From IMG/VR virus record IMGVR_UViG_3300045971_000188: a DNA stretch of 64,000 bases; one strand, 5' to 3'. Position 1 is the stretch's first letter. Every line of letters starts with the position of its first letter. The notes under the pieces were generated by a model. That model ran no database searches and was not told the DNA's origin. It saw only the letters and a program-made list of their open reading frames with translations. Origin of the DNA: a virus. The translations under genes were made by a program, and so were the position numbers. Shown here in pieces: positions 45,497 to 56,617 of the stretch.

Positions 45497-48400
45497 TTAT
45501 TTTAGAGCATCCATCATTTGTCTTCTAATCATTTTCTCTCTAGTATTAAGTTCCTTAATCTTATTGACCTTGTTAGCTTCATTACGATCCATAAAGACTT
45601 TACTACGAAGGGTAGCAACTTCCTTAAGTCTAGCTTCAAATCCTAGCCTACGGTTAGCTCTTCCAGCCTCTACATTAACTGCAGTAGCTCTAAAGCCAGT
45701 GATATCAGAGACTGCTTGGCCTGGAGTAAATTTGATATTACCAAAGCGATCTGTGGTAGGCTTATCTTTGAATGCATCATACATCTTAGCAAACCAACCG
45801 TGACTACTAAGCCATGCAGGTGTAACCATATTATAGGCATATAACATTGACTCTCCTACCTGCTGCGAAGCAGATGCTCCAGGAGTAACAATATCTCTGC
45901 CAGTAAAATCATCTTTACCTGAAAGCATTGCAGCTATACCAGTTGGAGTAGGACCACCTAAGAACCCAAATTGGTTAAGAGCAGTACCTACAGACTTCAC
46001 TGAAGTTGATACAGGACTTTCACCTCCATCCTCTACAAAGTTCTCATAGATCTTACGAGCTGCAGTACTATACTGACTCCAAGGAATCATATAATCCAAT
46101 CCTAAAATCTGAGGTCTACCTTTGGCATCTTTAAATGGAAGGTAGGCAACTCCGGGATTCAGACGCTGATAGTCTGTAAGGCTCGAATTAAATTTGGCTA
46201 TATCATCATCATCCCAATCATTAAACGCCATTGCTATCATAGTCATAAGGGCTGGAAGGGTAGCATACTGAGCAAACTTGATGGGGTGATTAACCATTGC
46301 TCTGATAGCAGCAGGCCCTGCCTTATAGCTAAAGGTAATAAATGGTGAACCAAAAGGAATACGTCTTAAGGTTTTCACCATACCATTAACTTGACTATAA
46401 TCAAAGATAGCATCGTTAGCGTGAGCAGCTGCCTTAGCTAAAAGTATCTGAGCTAAATTAGGTTCTAAGGATTTGTACCCCCGGGGGTATTTTTCTTTGT
46501 TCTGCTCTTCCCAAATATTAAGATAGTCTCTCATTGCTACAGTCTTAAATGCACCTTCAACTAAACTATAAGATTTAGAAGTCGCTGCACCTACCTTACC
46601 TGCCATCATCTTACCAACACTAATCAACCTTTCATCTAAAAAGTGAAGTTGTTTATCTAAACTACTCCCTCCATTTCTAGCTTCAAATCTTCGTTTAGCG
46701 TCTGCCAGATCAGAACCATAGGTACTTTGTAAGTCTTGAAGTTCAATAGCACTCCAAGTACTTCCAAATAAACCATACTTTGTTGCTAACTTCCAGTACT
46801 CACTTTGCTTCCCTGATATAGAACTATGAATTTCTTCATGTAACATACCAATCAACTTCATTTTGTTAGTGGAGGTAGATAGATCCAGTAATGAAAAGTT
46901 ACCCATCACGTTTCTAACCCAAGACCCAGGATTAAGAGCTACCATACTCATCTTCCAAAGCTGATTGATCCTTTCTAAAGTACCTCCTCTAGCAAAGAAC
47001 TTCTCAATGTTATTCTTATCTGAGAGGTTATAGGCAGAAGTAACAGCATCTAGATCATTGGCAATTTCCTTACGGACCCACTTATTACTTAAAGCACCCA
47101 TTTGTTTCTTATTAGGGAGTCGTACATATTTCTCTAACAAGAATTTACTAGGATCTTCTGCATTAGTTTCACCTTTCTTCTTGGCAGACTCATAAGCCTC
47201 TCTCAACATTGCAGCTTCTGCAGTTGCTACCTCAGCTATATTCTTATCTAAGATAACTGTATTAGCTCTAAGTTCTTCAATTAATTTATCTTTACCTTCA
47301 GTACCAAACTCAGAGGTATGATTCTTATCGTGCATATCCAATATAAACTTATTTTGTTCTAGTTGTTCATAAGCCTGCTCTAAAGTTAGTTTACCTCTAC
47401 GACCAGGGTACTTAATTTTAATATCCTTAGCCATAACCCAATACAAGTTATTCTTAGCACTCATCTTACCTATGGTATCAAACATCTGGAGTAGAACCTG
47501 ATCTCGAGCCATAGTGCCTAGAGTTTCTGGTATTAAGAATTTAACATCTTTGATTTCTCCTAAAGCCAGTTTTTCTCTATCAGATAAATTAGATCTCTTC
47601 TTCCACCAAGACATTACAGAAGTTTTCTTGTTTGATCCTTTATACTGATCTATATACTTCATGTAAACTACATGCAAATATTGGTCTTCATTAGCCTCAT
47701 AGGACTCATCACTAATCATACCCATTTCATGAAGGGTTGCACCAATAGTCCTAATAGATTCTTTAGCCTTAATGATGTTAGCTCTTTGGATAGGAGTAAC
47801 TGGCATTAGGGCAGGATCAGATCCTTTGGTTGTCATGTACTCAAAGACTGCTTGGTTCTGCATAGAATTAAGGTTTCTAATAGAAGCTACAAATCCTTTA
47901 ACATACTCCTCAGCTTGCGATATCTCCCCTTTAAAGATAGTACCCATAGCTTCATAAGCCTGTTGGGAATTCAAGTTACCTAGAGCTTTAAAGGCTGATA
48001 GAATTGAATTGTTATTGATAGATTCATTAAGCTTCTCCCAGAACCTAGATCTTACATTTTCTGTTTGAGATCCAAATCCACTCATAACTCCATTATGGAA
48101 TACTTGTAGATCCTCTATGCGACTGGGGGTATAAGGGTTTACTATTTCCTCTTGAACCAACTGACCTACACTCTCCATTACTTCCCCTGAAGAGTTGTTA
48201 GGAGTAGGCTGTAGTTTAGTAACTAAAGGAGATGTTCCGATTCTAGTGCTACCAAAGAGAGCATCAGGATTAATGATAGAGAAGGTATTATCAATAGATT
48301 GAGCTACTAATTTAGCCAAGTCCAAGTTAGAGATGTGATCAAAGGTATTACCAAATACACTTCTTAAAAGGTGTTTAATCTTACCTAAAAAGAGTTTAAG

Positions 48401-51400
48401 CCAACCCTGTCTTTCTTTACTAATAGCAATCCTATTATTAACTTGAGCATCACTCATACCCATACCAACCATTCTTTCCATGAACTCTTGAGAGGCTACG
48501 TAATCCTTAGCTAACTCAGCCATATACTCATCACCTAGTTGAATAGCAATATCTCTAGGTATAATAACACCCTCATGAACAATCCGTGATCCTCCGCTCT
48601 TCTTCCAGTAATCATTAATTAATCTATCTTTCTCTAATTGAGATAACTTAGTGGAGTAGTTAGTGATGTGTTTAATATTCCAGTTCTCTAAGTAACTACT
48701 CCATCTCTTAGATAAATCTAGGATAGACTTAATCATCTTAGGGTTATTGGAGAGAAGGTTCATTATGAAGTTATCATACTTATCTTTGGTACTAAACAGA
48801 TCTCTGAAGCCATAGTGACCTACAGTTTCATGAGCTAAAGTATCTATCATCAGTTGTTTGTTAACCATCAGACTTCCGTTAATATAAACTCTACCTTTAA
48901 CCAATCTACCCATAGCATCCTTAGAGGCTTCTACATGAATACCACCTACTGTATTTGAAGCAGATCGAGTGGTTATACCATTAGCAGCTAGTTCTGTGGG
49001 GGAGAAAGAAGTTAAGAAGATTATATCTACCTTAGAGTTTGTATGGGCCGATAGCATCTCTACAAAGTCATCAAACACACCTTTCTTGTCATAGGCCACC
49101 ACTTCATGACCAAACATATCTATAGTAGTCTCAGAGATAGTATTACCATTCTCATCTACATAGGTTAAGGTATCTCCAGAGAGAGTAGGCACTACTTCAC
49201 CTTGACTTTGAGTAGAACTCATAGTAACCAATTGAGCTTTAAGTTCTGCAATCTTAGCACGAGCCTCAGCTTTCTCTTGGGGAGTAGCAGTCTTGGAAGT
49301 ATTGATAGCACGTTGTGTATTAATTGCATATTCCAAATCTAGAATAGCATCTTCATGCACCTGAGCTTTCTTAGTATCAAGGACAGGTACTATTTCTTCT
49401 ACTTCATCCTCTATCACACTAGCTAAATCTTGGAGTGAAGGTTCTAGGTCGGCTTCTACCACTATTTCTGCTTTAGTATTCTTTAGGGCAGAGTCTTTAG
49501 ATACTTTATTAAGTAAGCTATCAAAATGGGAAGTATCACCTTCAGGTAATGAGTTCTTAAAGTTATTAATTACTTTATTGAGAGCTTGTTTGTCCTCTCC
49601 TGCTCTAAGATCTAAGTTACCCTTAGGGGTAGTTTCAGTCTTTTTGGTTCTAGGTTTACTAACTTTCTTAGTAGCTTTAGGAGCAGCCTCAGCTAATATA
49701 GCATCCCTGATGGAAGTAGCTTGTACCACCTCAGAAGCAATAGCAGTCATATCAATCTTGTGGGGACCACCTGCATTCCTACTATCCTTCTCAGCTTCTA
49801 GTTGAGCCATGAGAGAGGAGATGTGGGAGTTAAGATAGGTTACTTGTATCTCTTGTTCTTCTGTTATACTCAGTTCTGCTTTAAGCTGACGAGTGGTTGC
49901 AGGTTTACGAGGTTTAGTTACTTTCTCTTTCTGAGCAGCAGCTACCTTTTGAGCATTAGTTACCTTAGGTTCTACTTTAACCTCTGGAACAACGAAGGCA
50001 TCAGGCTCTCTATTCTTTTCAGTTCTACCCTCTTGTTTAATTGACTCGGGGTTCTTAAGGAGAATGTAAGAGTGGGAACCATGTCCTTCTTTATTGTTAA
50101 TGTATTTAATACCATCAACCCCTAAGATACTTAGAGTCTTAGCTAGCTCATGGTTTACCTTAGCAATCCTACCTTTAGGATCTAAAGACATTTTAGCAAT
50201 ACGATAGGCATTAACCAGTTTAGTCTTTTGAGCTTCCCAGTAATCAACCCCCTTTTTGTCTGTAGGTATTACCTTATCCTTCAGCGCTTTAATAATATCT
50301 GGAGTCTGCCATGAATCTAGGTCAGGTAGTTCTACAAAGTTGGAGGTGTCTATTTGGGTAGATACAATATTATTTTTGTTAGAGGTTTCAGCTATATATT
50401 TAGCAGTTGCTTCATCACCTAAGTGTATACCAAAGTCAGTAGATTTAGATACATCTAGATTCTCAAATTGAGCAGGAGTAGCATGGTAAAGAGTAGTCCT
50501 ATTATCTTCTACCTTAACTTCAGGCACAGCTCCACCTTGGGTTATGACAGGTGCACCTTGAGTCTTAGCAGCTCTACCTACCCTAAATGCTTCACCATCC
50601 TCTGAACGATTAGTAGTATCTGAATCTACTCCAGGAATAACAGCACCAGTGCCTTCTGCTAAATCATAGAGGGCTGAGGCGACACCTTTCCTTCTCCACT
50701 TCTCGTCTACATTTACTGTAGGCTCGGTATCATATTGATCTAAACGATAAGACAATAGACCTATTCTGTTTCCCTCACCATCAAATGCACCCACCAATCC
50801 ATTGTTCTCATCATCCTGTAGGTTTACTAAGTGTACTTCTTCTCCAGTCTTTAGGGTTACTTTATTAGTTTTATCCTCAATGAAAGCAGAGGTTAATTGT
50901 TTTTTAGCTTCTTGGGTAGAGGAAAGACCAGTGGTTTTAATTGCTCTATTGTCTACAGGAGCTTCAGGTGTTACAGGAGCTTCAGGAGTTACAACCTCTT
51001 CAGGTTTAGTTAATCCAAAATCTTCATGAGTACCTACACCAACTTCCACCAACCTTTGTTTAGAGGTATCAGTTAATTCTCTAATAGGTAATTGAGAGAG
51101 GCCGTCTGTATGTAGTTCGTCTTGATTAAGAGTGGTAGGCTCTGTAGTTACTATAGGTTCTATTGGAGCTGTAGGTTCAACCACAGGCTGAGTTTCTACT
51201 TTACTACTATCAGCTTCAAAGTTAGTGCCTACCTTATTAGCATCATACCCCCTCATAATATCTAAAGGTCTAGTAATCTTATTACCAGCTTCATCTACAT
51301 AATCTTCTCCACCTACACTCTTAACAGGAATACCTGTGGTAGTTAGATGGGTAGGTTGAAAGATACTGCTATCAGTTTTGGTTTGGTTCTTTGCAGCTTC

Positions 51401-52759
51401 TCGTTGTTGAATAGAAGAGAGAAGGTTATGGGCATTATCAATTTGTTTAAGAGCTGCTTCAGCTTCTTGTACCTTAACATGATCAGCTACTTTACCCTCA
51501 GGGGTATGGGTCCTCTCATTTAAGGAATTACGGATTGCATTAACCTGTTTCAGATAATCTTCGTTGGAGGTATCAGGTTGAGTAGAGTGTAAAGCATCAT
51601 AGGTATTGATAAGTTTAGCAATATCTTTGTTGACTATAGGCTTACCAGTGTTCATGTCAATAGCATCACTAGTAATCTTAGGAAGTTCTTTCTTTTCTCT
51701 AGGACCAAAGACAGAAGAGGCAGCATGTACCCCACCCATCATACCACCACTTAACCCACCTACCAATCCACCTTCTATCGCAGAGTTGATAACTCCTTTC
51801 ATTGGATCTATAGAGGCATCTCCATACTTCTTATTGGCTAAGTTTTGGATAAGGGTTTCATTATAAGATTGTGGGGCTTCTTGAGCCATTTCAGAGAGGG
51901 CATCTTTACCTAGGGTCTTAACTAGATTCTTAGTGACTGATCCAAAACCTTTAGTCAAAGCTCCGCCAGTAGCATCATTAGCTTCTCTAATTATATTACC
52001 TAAAGCACCACCACCAGTTATAATACCTAAGGCCCCTGTAGAAGCTACAGTCTTACCGTACACATCAGATGCAATTTGATCAGCCATATCCTTCTTGGCT
52101 AGTTCTTCTCTTTGCTCTAATGGGAGTAATGAATCTTGTTTAGCTACAGACTTCTGGAACTCTGGATTAGTACGATAGGTTTCTATAGGAACATTAAGAG
52201 CTTCCTGCCTAGACTGAGATGCATTCTGAGAACCTGCTTCCAATCCTTCAATACCACCTGAGGCATATGCACCTACCACACCAGCAGTCTTATCAGCTAC
52301 TCCTAAAGCTTTCATCCCTTTAGAGATACCCATACCTGGAGCAGCCATAGCTAAAATACCAGGAGTAGACTCAACTAACTGACCACCTAGTTTTCTAAGA
52401 GAAGGTATGGTAAAATTGCCTTGGTCATCAAAGGTAGGTACGGCATCTACTTTCTGCTGTTCAGGAGACAGGTGGCTCAGTATCTTCTCTGAGGTTTGAG
52501 CACCTTCAGTTTGCCATTGGGTAGCTGTATATCTAGGAATTATTCCCAGTTTAGCACCTTGTTCAATTAACCCTGAACCTTCATTAATAGTACCTGCCAG
52601 AAACTTTCTACCGTAGTCGCCTGCAACCCCACTAGATTGATTTGAGGTATCTTGAGTGGTTACAGGAGTAGAGAAGGCACTAGCAACGGCGCTATCAATA
52701 TCGCTAGTAGTTCCAAGTTTAGTTTTTGAGGGTGCAGCTTTTTGGCCTAAAGTAATCAT
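45497..52759 (-). CDS. Giant internal virion/ejection (polyvalent) protein, 2420 aa
   Basis: Size and position after the tail genes; GNAT motif VDEKWRRKGVASALY, ART-like YHAT..GIHLG..GVDGIKYIN.KEG..SYI, metallopeptidase-like HETVGH. Confidence 0.75.
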   Translation of the reverse strand: MITLGQKAAPSKTKLGTTSDIDSAVASAFSTPVTTQDTSNQSSGVAGDYGRKFLAGTINEGSGLIEQGAKLGIIPRYTATQWQTEGAQTSEKILSHLSPEQQKVDAVPTFDDQGNFTIPSLRKLGGQLVESTPGILAMAAPGMGISKGMKALGVADKTAGVVGAYASGGIEGLEAGSQNASQSRQEALNVPIETYRTNPEFQKSVAKQDSLLPLEQREELAKKDMADQIASDVYGKTVASTGALGIITGGGALGNIIREANDATGGALTKGFGSVTKNLVKTLGKDALSEMAQEAPQSYNETLIQNLANKKYGDASIDPMKGVINSAIEGGLVGGLSGGMMGGVHAASSVFGPREKKELPKITSDAIDMNTGKPIVNKDIAKLINTYDALHSTQPDTSNEDYLKQVNAIRNSLNERTHTPEGKVADHVKVQEAEAALKQIDNAHNLLSSIQQREAAKNQTKTDSSIFQPTHLTTTGIPVKSVGGEDYVDEAGNKITRPLDIMRGYDANKVGTNFEADSSKVETQPVVEPTAPIEPIVTTEPTTLNQDELHTDGLSQLPIRELTDTSKQRLVEVGVGTHEDFGLTKPEEVVTPEAPVTPEAPVDNRAIKTTGLSSTQEAKKQLTSAFIEDKTNKVTLKTGEEVHLVNLQDDENNGLVGAFDGEGNRIGLLSYRLDQYDTEPTVNVDEKWRRKGVASALYDLAEGTGAVIPGVDSDTTNRSEDGEAFRVGRAAKTQGAPVITQGGAVPEVKVEDNRTTLYHATPAQFENLDVSKSTDFGIHLGDEATAKYIAETSNKNNIVSTQIDTSNFVELPDLDSWQTPDIIKALKDKVIPTDKKGVDYWEAQKTKLVNAYRIAKMSLDPKGRIAKVNHELAKTLSILGVDGIKYINNKEGHGSHSYILLKNPESIKQEGRTEKNREPDAFVVPEVKVEPKVTNAQKVAAAQKEKVTKPRKPATTRQLKAELSITEEQEIQVTYLNSHISSLMAQLEAEKDSRNAGGPHKIDMTAIASEVVQATSIRDAILAEAAPKATKKVSKPRTKKTETTPKGNLDLRAGEDKQALNKVINNFKNSLPEGDTSHFDSLLNKVSKDSALKNTKAEIVVEADLEPSLQDLASVIEDEVEEIVPVLDTKKAQVHEDAILDLEYAINTQRAINTSKTATPQEKAEARAKIAELKAQLVTMSSTQSQGEVVPTLSGDTLTYVDENGNTISETTIDMFGHEVVAYDKKGVFDDFVEMLSAHTNSKVDIIFLTSFSPTELAANGITTRSASNTVGGIHVEASKDAMGRLVKGRVYINGSLMVNKQLMIDTLAHETVGHYGFRDLFSTKDKYDNFIMNLLSNNPKMIKSILDLSKRWSSYLENWNIKHITNYSTKLSQLEKDRLINDYWKKSGGSRIVHEGVIIPRDIAIQLGDEYMAELAKDYVASQEFMERMVGMGMSDAQVNNRIAISKERQGWLKLFLGKIKHLLRSVFGNTFDHISNLDLAKLVAQSIDNTFSIINPDALFGSTRIGTSPLVTKLQPTPNNSSGEVMESVGQLVQEEIVNPYTPSRIEDLQVFHNGVMSGFGSQTENVRSRFWEKLNESINNNSILSAFKALGNLNSQQAYEAMGTIFKGEISQAEEYVKGFVASIRNLNSMQNQAVFEYMTTKGSDPALMPVTPIQRANIIKAKESIRTIGATLHEMGMISDESYEANEDQYLHVVYMKYIDQYKGSNKKTSVMSWWKKRSNLSDREKLALGEIKDVKFLIPETLGTMARDQVLLQMFDTIGKMSAKNNLYWVMAKDIKIKYPGRRGKLTLEQAYEQLEQNKFILDMHDKNHTSEFGTEGKDKLIEELRANTVILDKNIAEVATAEAAMLREAYESAKKKGETNAEDPSKFLLEKYVRLPNKKQMGALSNKWVRKEIANDLDAVTSAYNLSDKNNIEKFFARGGTLERINQLWKMSMVALNPGSWVRNVMGNFSLLDLSTSTNKMKLIGMLHEEIHSSISGKQSEYWKLATKYGLFGSTWSAIELQDLQSTYGSDLADAKRRFEARNGGSSLDKQLHFLDERLISVGKMMAGKVGAATSKSYSLVEGAFKTVAMRDYLNIWEEQNKEKYPRGYKSLEPNLAQILLAKAAAHANDAIFDYSQVNGMVKTLRRIPFGSPFITFSYKAGPAAIRAMVNHPIKFAQYATLPALMTMIAMAFNDWDDDDIAKFNSSLTDYQRLNPGVAYLPFKDAKGRPQILGLDYMIPWSQYSTAARKIYENFVEDGGESPVSTSVKSVGTALNQFGFLGGPTPTGIAAMLSGKDDFTGRDIVTPGASASQQVGESMLYAYNMVTPAWLSSHGWFAKMYDAFKDKPTTDRFGNIKFTPGQAVSDITGFRATAVNVEAGRANRRLGFEARLKEVATLRSKVFMDRNEANKVNKIKELNTREKMIRRQMMDALK

Positions 52760-52766
52760 TACGATC

Positions 52767-54296
52767 CTATTGTTGTAAACTCATTAATAGTTGTTTAACT
52801 TGATCTGGAGAAAGACCTAAGGCCTGAAGACGCTGTGCCCTCTTATTAACATCAGGTTCTCTTCTCATCCCTTCTGCTGTTTGTGGACCTACTATCTTAC
52901 CTAGGTGAGCGCCTAGATTTCCATTCTGTGAGGCAACAAACTCAAATGACTGAGCAGGGGACCAAGAGGTAGCCATGTTAGCAGGGTTATTGTATTGCTC
53001 ATTAATACTCTTATCAATATTAGATTGGGCTTTCTGAATTTCTATTGATTGATCATTTTGTTTATTGGTTTGAGTAGCTCCAAAGTTTCTTTCGTCTTTA
53101 GATATATCATAACCCAGTTTGGCATTAGCAGATTGAGTAGAAAGCTTATTACCTTCTGCTGTAACATCTTGACCCCTCTTAGTAGTCTCATTGCCTAACT
53201 GTTCTAACCAACCTTTCTTATTTGCTATGAATCCAGACATATCCCCCCTAGATTGAGAGTCTAACATGGCTAACCTTAAGTTGTTAGCTGAATTAGGATT
53301 CTCATATTCTGCTCTAGTCAATCCACCTCTATAGGCATCATTATATCTTTGATCTGCCATAGCTGCTGACTCAGCCCTTAACCTAGCTCTCTCAGGATCA
53401 GCATTATTGGCAATAGTCTTATCTAAATCTGCTAATCTCTGAGGTGAGGAATTACCAAAGTTAGGGGAGGAAGAAGAGATAGAACCTCCTGCAACATTTA
53501 ATGTTTTAACCCCATTATTATTAGTCATGTAACTAGCACCACCTAATTGACCTAGGTTAGGGGTAGGTGTAGAGGAGATAGTATTCTGAGCAGCGGTTAC
53601 AGTACCTGCCCGAATAGGAGTCCCATTAGCACTAAGAAGAGCTATTGGTGAGGTAGTAGGCTCAGGAGTTAAAGGTGTTACAGGATTAATGTTAGAAGCT
53701 AAGGTAGGCCTATCTAAAGTTGTTAAGCCAGGATTAGATCCACGAGTAGCTGTTCTATCAGCTTCTATAGGTCTAGTAACAGGACCACCTCTAGTATTAA
53801 TAGTTTCAGTAGTAGGTAAAGCAGGGATGGTAGGTGTCGGAGATACAGCAGCAATAGGCTGTCCTGACTTATTCAACATACCATTGTTAGAACCTGTGGG
53901 GTAATTACCAAGGGTAGGAGCACCTGCAGGTTTAGGATTTGTACCTGCTGTATCCATTAGCTTATTAATTGATTGTAGACCAGAGTTAATCTCATTCTTT
54001 ACTGCATCTATTCTTTGAGTATTAAACTCTACCATAGGTGGCTTAGGGCCTGTAGGTAAAGGTGCATTAGGTTGATAGCTTACAGTTTGATTGGGAGTAG
54101 GAAACTTAGGTACTAAGTTATCTGCAGATGATCCAACCAAATCACCAACCGTTTGTGGCTTGGGTACATTAAAGTTATTAGAACCTAAGGCAGCAGTACT
54201 ATCACCACCAGCTCCACCAGCCCTTAATTGATTAATGGCAGGAGCTTTTATGTCCTTAGGTTTTTTAGTTTGATTGGGTGTATCGCCAAGAGCCAT
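52767..54296 (-). CDS. Internal virion (ejection) protein, Pro/Thr/Asn-rich
   Basis: Low-complexity 509 aa adjacent to the giant protein. Confidence 0.5.
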   Translation of the reverse strand: MALGDTPNQTKKPKDIKAPAINQLRAGGAGGDSTAALGSNNFNVPKPQTVGDLVGSSADNLVPKFPTPNQTVSYQPNAPLPTGPKPPMVEFNTQRIDAVKNEINSGLQSINKLMDTAGTNPKPAGAPTLGNYPTGSNNGMLNKSGQPIAAVSPTPTIPALPTTETINTRGGPVTRPIEADRTATRGSNPGLTTLDRPTLASNINPVTPLTPEPTTSPIALLSANGTPIRAGTVTAAQNTISSTPTPNLGQLGGASYMTNNNGVKTLNVAGGSISSSSPNFGNSSPQRLADLDKTIANNADPERARLRAESAAMADQRYNDAYRGGLTRAEYENPNSANNLRLAMLDSQSRGDMSGFIANKKGWLEQLGNETTKRGQDVTAEGNKLSTQSANAKLGYDISKDERNFGATQTNKQNDQSIEIQKAQSNIDKSINEQYNNPANMATSWSPAQSFEFVASQNGNLGAHLGKIVGPQTAEGMRREPDVNKRAQRLQALGLSPDQVKQLLMSLQQ

Positions 54297-54760
54297 TATT
54301 CTTTTCCTATATAGGGGTTATGATGTATACTATCTCTACTGAATAAGAAGGTAATATACTCCTCGGGAGACATAGTACTAACATCTTTAGTTGATAGGGG
54401 TTTAGAGTCTGATGAGGAGGGTATAGTTCCATCTAGCCCACTGTAATCACTGGTACTCCCATCCATAGGAGAAGTAGGTGATACTGAAACTGGAGATGGA
54501 GCAATACCCTTTAGTACACTTGGTTTGCCAGGATTATCCTCTCCATTGATGGGTTGTCTATCATTCCATCCAGGTAATCCCAGAGGCTCTCTACTACCAG
54601 TTGATCCCTGATTTGTATCCCAGGCTGGACTTTGTTGGTATGATGAGCCACCATAACTTCTAGATACTATTCCTAATCCTGGCGTCTCATCGGTTTGGTT
54701 GTTTTCATTTACTGATGAACCATAGTATTTATCTTTATAATTAGAGTCTCCTAATCTCAT
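54296..54760 (-). CDS. Putative internal virion protein
   Basis: Ser/Pro/Gly-rich, coupled. Confidence 0.45.
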   Translation of the reverse strand: MRLGDSNYKDKYYGSSVNENNQTDETPGLGIVSRSYGGSSYQQSPAWDTNQGSTGSREPLGLPGWNDRQPINGEDNPGKPSVLKGIAPSPVSVSPTSPMDGSTSDYSGLDGTIPSSSDSKPLSTKDVSTMSPEEYITFLFSRDSIHHNPYIGKE

Positions 54761-56617
54761 TTAGATGCCTTCGTAGCTATGTGATTCAGAAGCAGAGAGT
54801 GAAGCTTGACCTTGAGTTTGAGCAGATACATTAATTGCTTGGAGAGCAGAAGAGCCTATTTGAGCATACATGCTTCCAGCAGCTTTCCTGCCCTCTAGGG
54901 TAGCGTTATAAGAGGCTATCATAGACTGTAAGGTTACTTTAGCATTCTCTATGGCAATATCTGATTTATATTTGTTTTGTTGGATAGTATTATCTATATC
55001 CTTCAAGAGTACTTCAGCAGATGCTTTATTAAATCCTATCTGACTCATATAAATATCTGCTTCACCTTTATAAACATCTATTGCAGACTGGTAAATTAAC
55101 TGATCTGTTTGAACTTGTTTGATATATCCATCCATCTCTGCCGTAAACTTCTTGAGAAATAAATCTTCTATATCAACTTGAGTAGTAGCAGTTTTGATTG
55201 CAACATCACTTTGAGCAGAGTAAGCTTGGATTTTAGTAGCGAATGCCTTAACCTGTGAATCATAAACATCTACCTTTCCTAGTTCACCTTTAATTTGTTC
55301 TGAGTACATAGTATACTCAGAGGCTTTAGCTCTAACACCTTCAGCATATGCTTCAACCTGAGTCTTAAAGATTTGGAGTTTAAGTTGTTCTGCATCTATC
55401 CTAGATTTAACTGAGTCTATAATGGTCTTGTAGATATCAGCACCAGTCTTAACACCTTCTATCTGAGCAAGGTACATAGAAATAGTATTCTTATTTACTT
55501 CACTAATTAATCTTTGAGCATCTATTTCAGCCTTAAAGATCTCTATCTTTGCTAATTCAGCTTGTACCTTATAGTTAAAGGCAGCAGCATAGGCTTGATA
55601 GGCAGTTACTTCAGCAGTAAAGAGAGTTACTTGACTCTTGAATATCTCTATGGCAACATCTTGAGTATACTTAGCAACCTCAAAACTACGTTGATTAACA
55701 TTATTATTTTGTCTGATCAATACATCTTCTAAAGCAATGACTTGCTGAATAGAGTTCTTTAAGTTCTCTTGTTCTAACTCAGCTTGCTTTATCATTATCT
55801 CTCTACCCAAATCAATAAGTTTGGATTGAGTTTCTTGAACTACCTGAGTTAAAGCAGACATTTGAGAACCTGTAGGTCTACTAAAGCCTACCCCACTTCT
55901 CTCTACTAACAAAGTTCTTTCAGATTGTAGGGAGGCAGTCTGTTCTCTATCTCTCTCTCTATTCCATATTGCAGCTTCTACCACAGGAGGTAGACCAGTA
56001 GAACCTTGGAGCCTATAGATCAATAAGTCTTTAACATCTGTCAATAATTGGTCAGAGTAAGCAGACTCATTAAAGTTAAAGGTTATATCGGGTACTCTAA
56101 TTCCATTGGAAGTAGGGAAATCTAAGGAGAATATAGGTAAGACTATGGAAGCAGGGGTAGGTAAGTTTAGATCATATAAGCTAGGAACTGGGGGGAGGAC
56201 GTAGGTATAATCATCAGGGAAGTTAAAGTCAGTTTGGATGATATAATCTAAAGTTGGGAGGGTAGAAGAAAGAGGCGCAGGTACACTAGGAAAGTTAATG
56301 GAAGGTGGAGCAGTGGTAAAGGTAGGCGCTGACCCTATAGCAATTGTAGGTGTAGTAAATGGTGAAAGGGTAGGTATAGTTTTAGCAGCAACATTTAATA
56401 TGGGAGCTACAGGCGCATTAGGAGAGGTTAGAGTTATGTTGGAAGGAGTAACTAACATCTCCACTTCACTCTGATAATAAGGAGAGTAGAAGTAGTTTAA
56501 ATTATTAGCTATACTCTCAGCATGGGTGATTGCATTAGATGCATAACCATTAAGGGTAGTTAACCAACTATCTATATCAGGAACAGTTACTGAGATATCT
56601 ACATTATTTAAGGCCAT
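54761..56617 (-). CDS. Virion/ejection protein with long coiled coil
   Basis: Pro-rich N-terminal half, long helical C-terminal half. Confidence 0.55.
   Translation of the reverse strand: MALNNVDISVTVPDIDSWLTTLNGYASNAITHAESIANNLNYFYSPYYQSEVEMLVTPSNITLTSPNAPVAPILNVAAKTIPTLSPFTTPTIAIGSAPTFTTAPPSINFPSVPAPLSSTLPTLDYIIQTDFNFPDDYTYVLPPVPSLYDLNLPTPASIVLPIFSLDFPTSNGIRVPDITFNFNESAYSDQLLTDVKDLLIYRLQGSTGLPPVVEAAIWNRERDREQTASLQSERTLLVERSGVGFSRPTGSQMSALTQVVQETQSKLIDLGREIMIKQAELEQENLKNSIQQVIALEDVLIRQNNNVNQRSFEVAKYTQDVAIEIFKSQVTLFTAEVTAYQAYAAAFNYKVQAELAKIEIFKAEIDAQRLISEVNKNTISMYLAQIEGVKTGADIYKTIIDSVKSRIDAEQLKLQIFKTQVEAYAEGVRAKASEYTMYSEQIKGELGKVDVYDSQVKAFATKIQAYSAQSDVAIKTATTQVDIEDLFLKKFTAEMDGYIKQVQTDQLIYQSAIDVYKGEADIYMSQIGFNKASAEVLLKDIDNTIQQNKYKSDIAIENAKVTLQSMIASYNATLEGRKAAGSMYAQIGSSALQAINVSAQTQGQASLSASESHSYEGI

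Noticed and set aside
47249-47275. GAACTT-N16-TCTTA match on the minus strand
   Set aside because: Deep inside the giant ORF with no downstream gene start; treated as the expected chance match and a caution for the sigmaE claim.
45497-52759. N4-like virion RNA polymerase
   Set aside because: No T7-family RNAP catalytic motifs recognised; domain content fits a polyvalent ejection protein.
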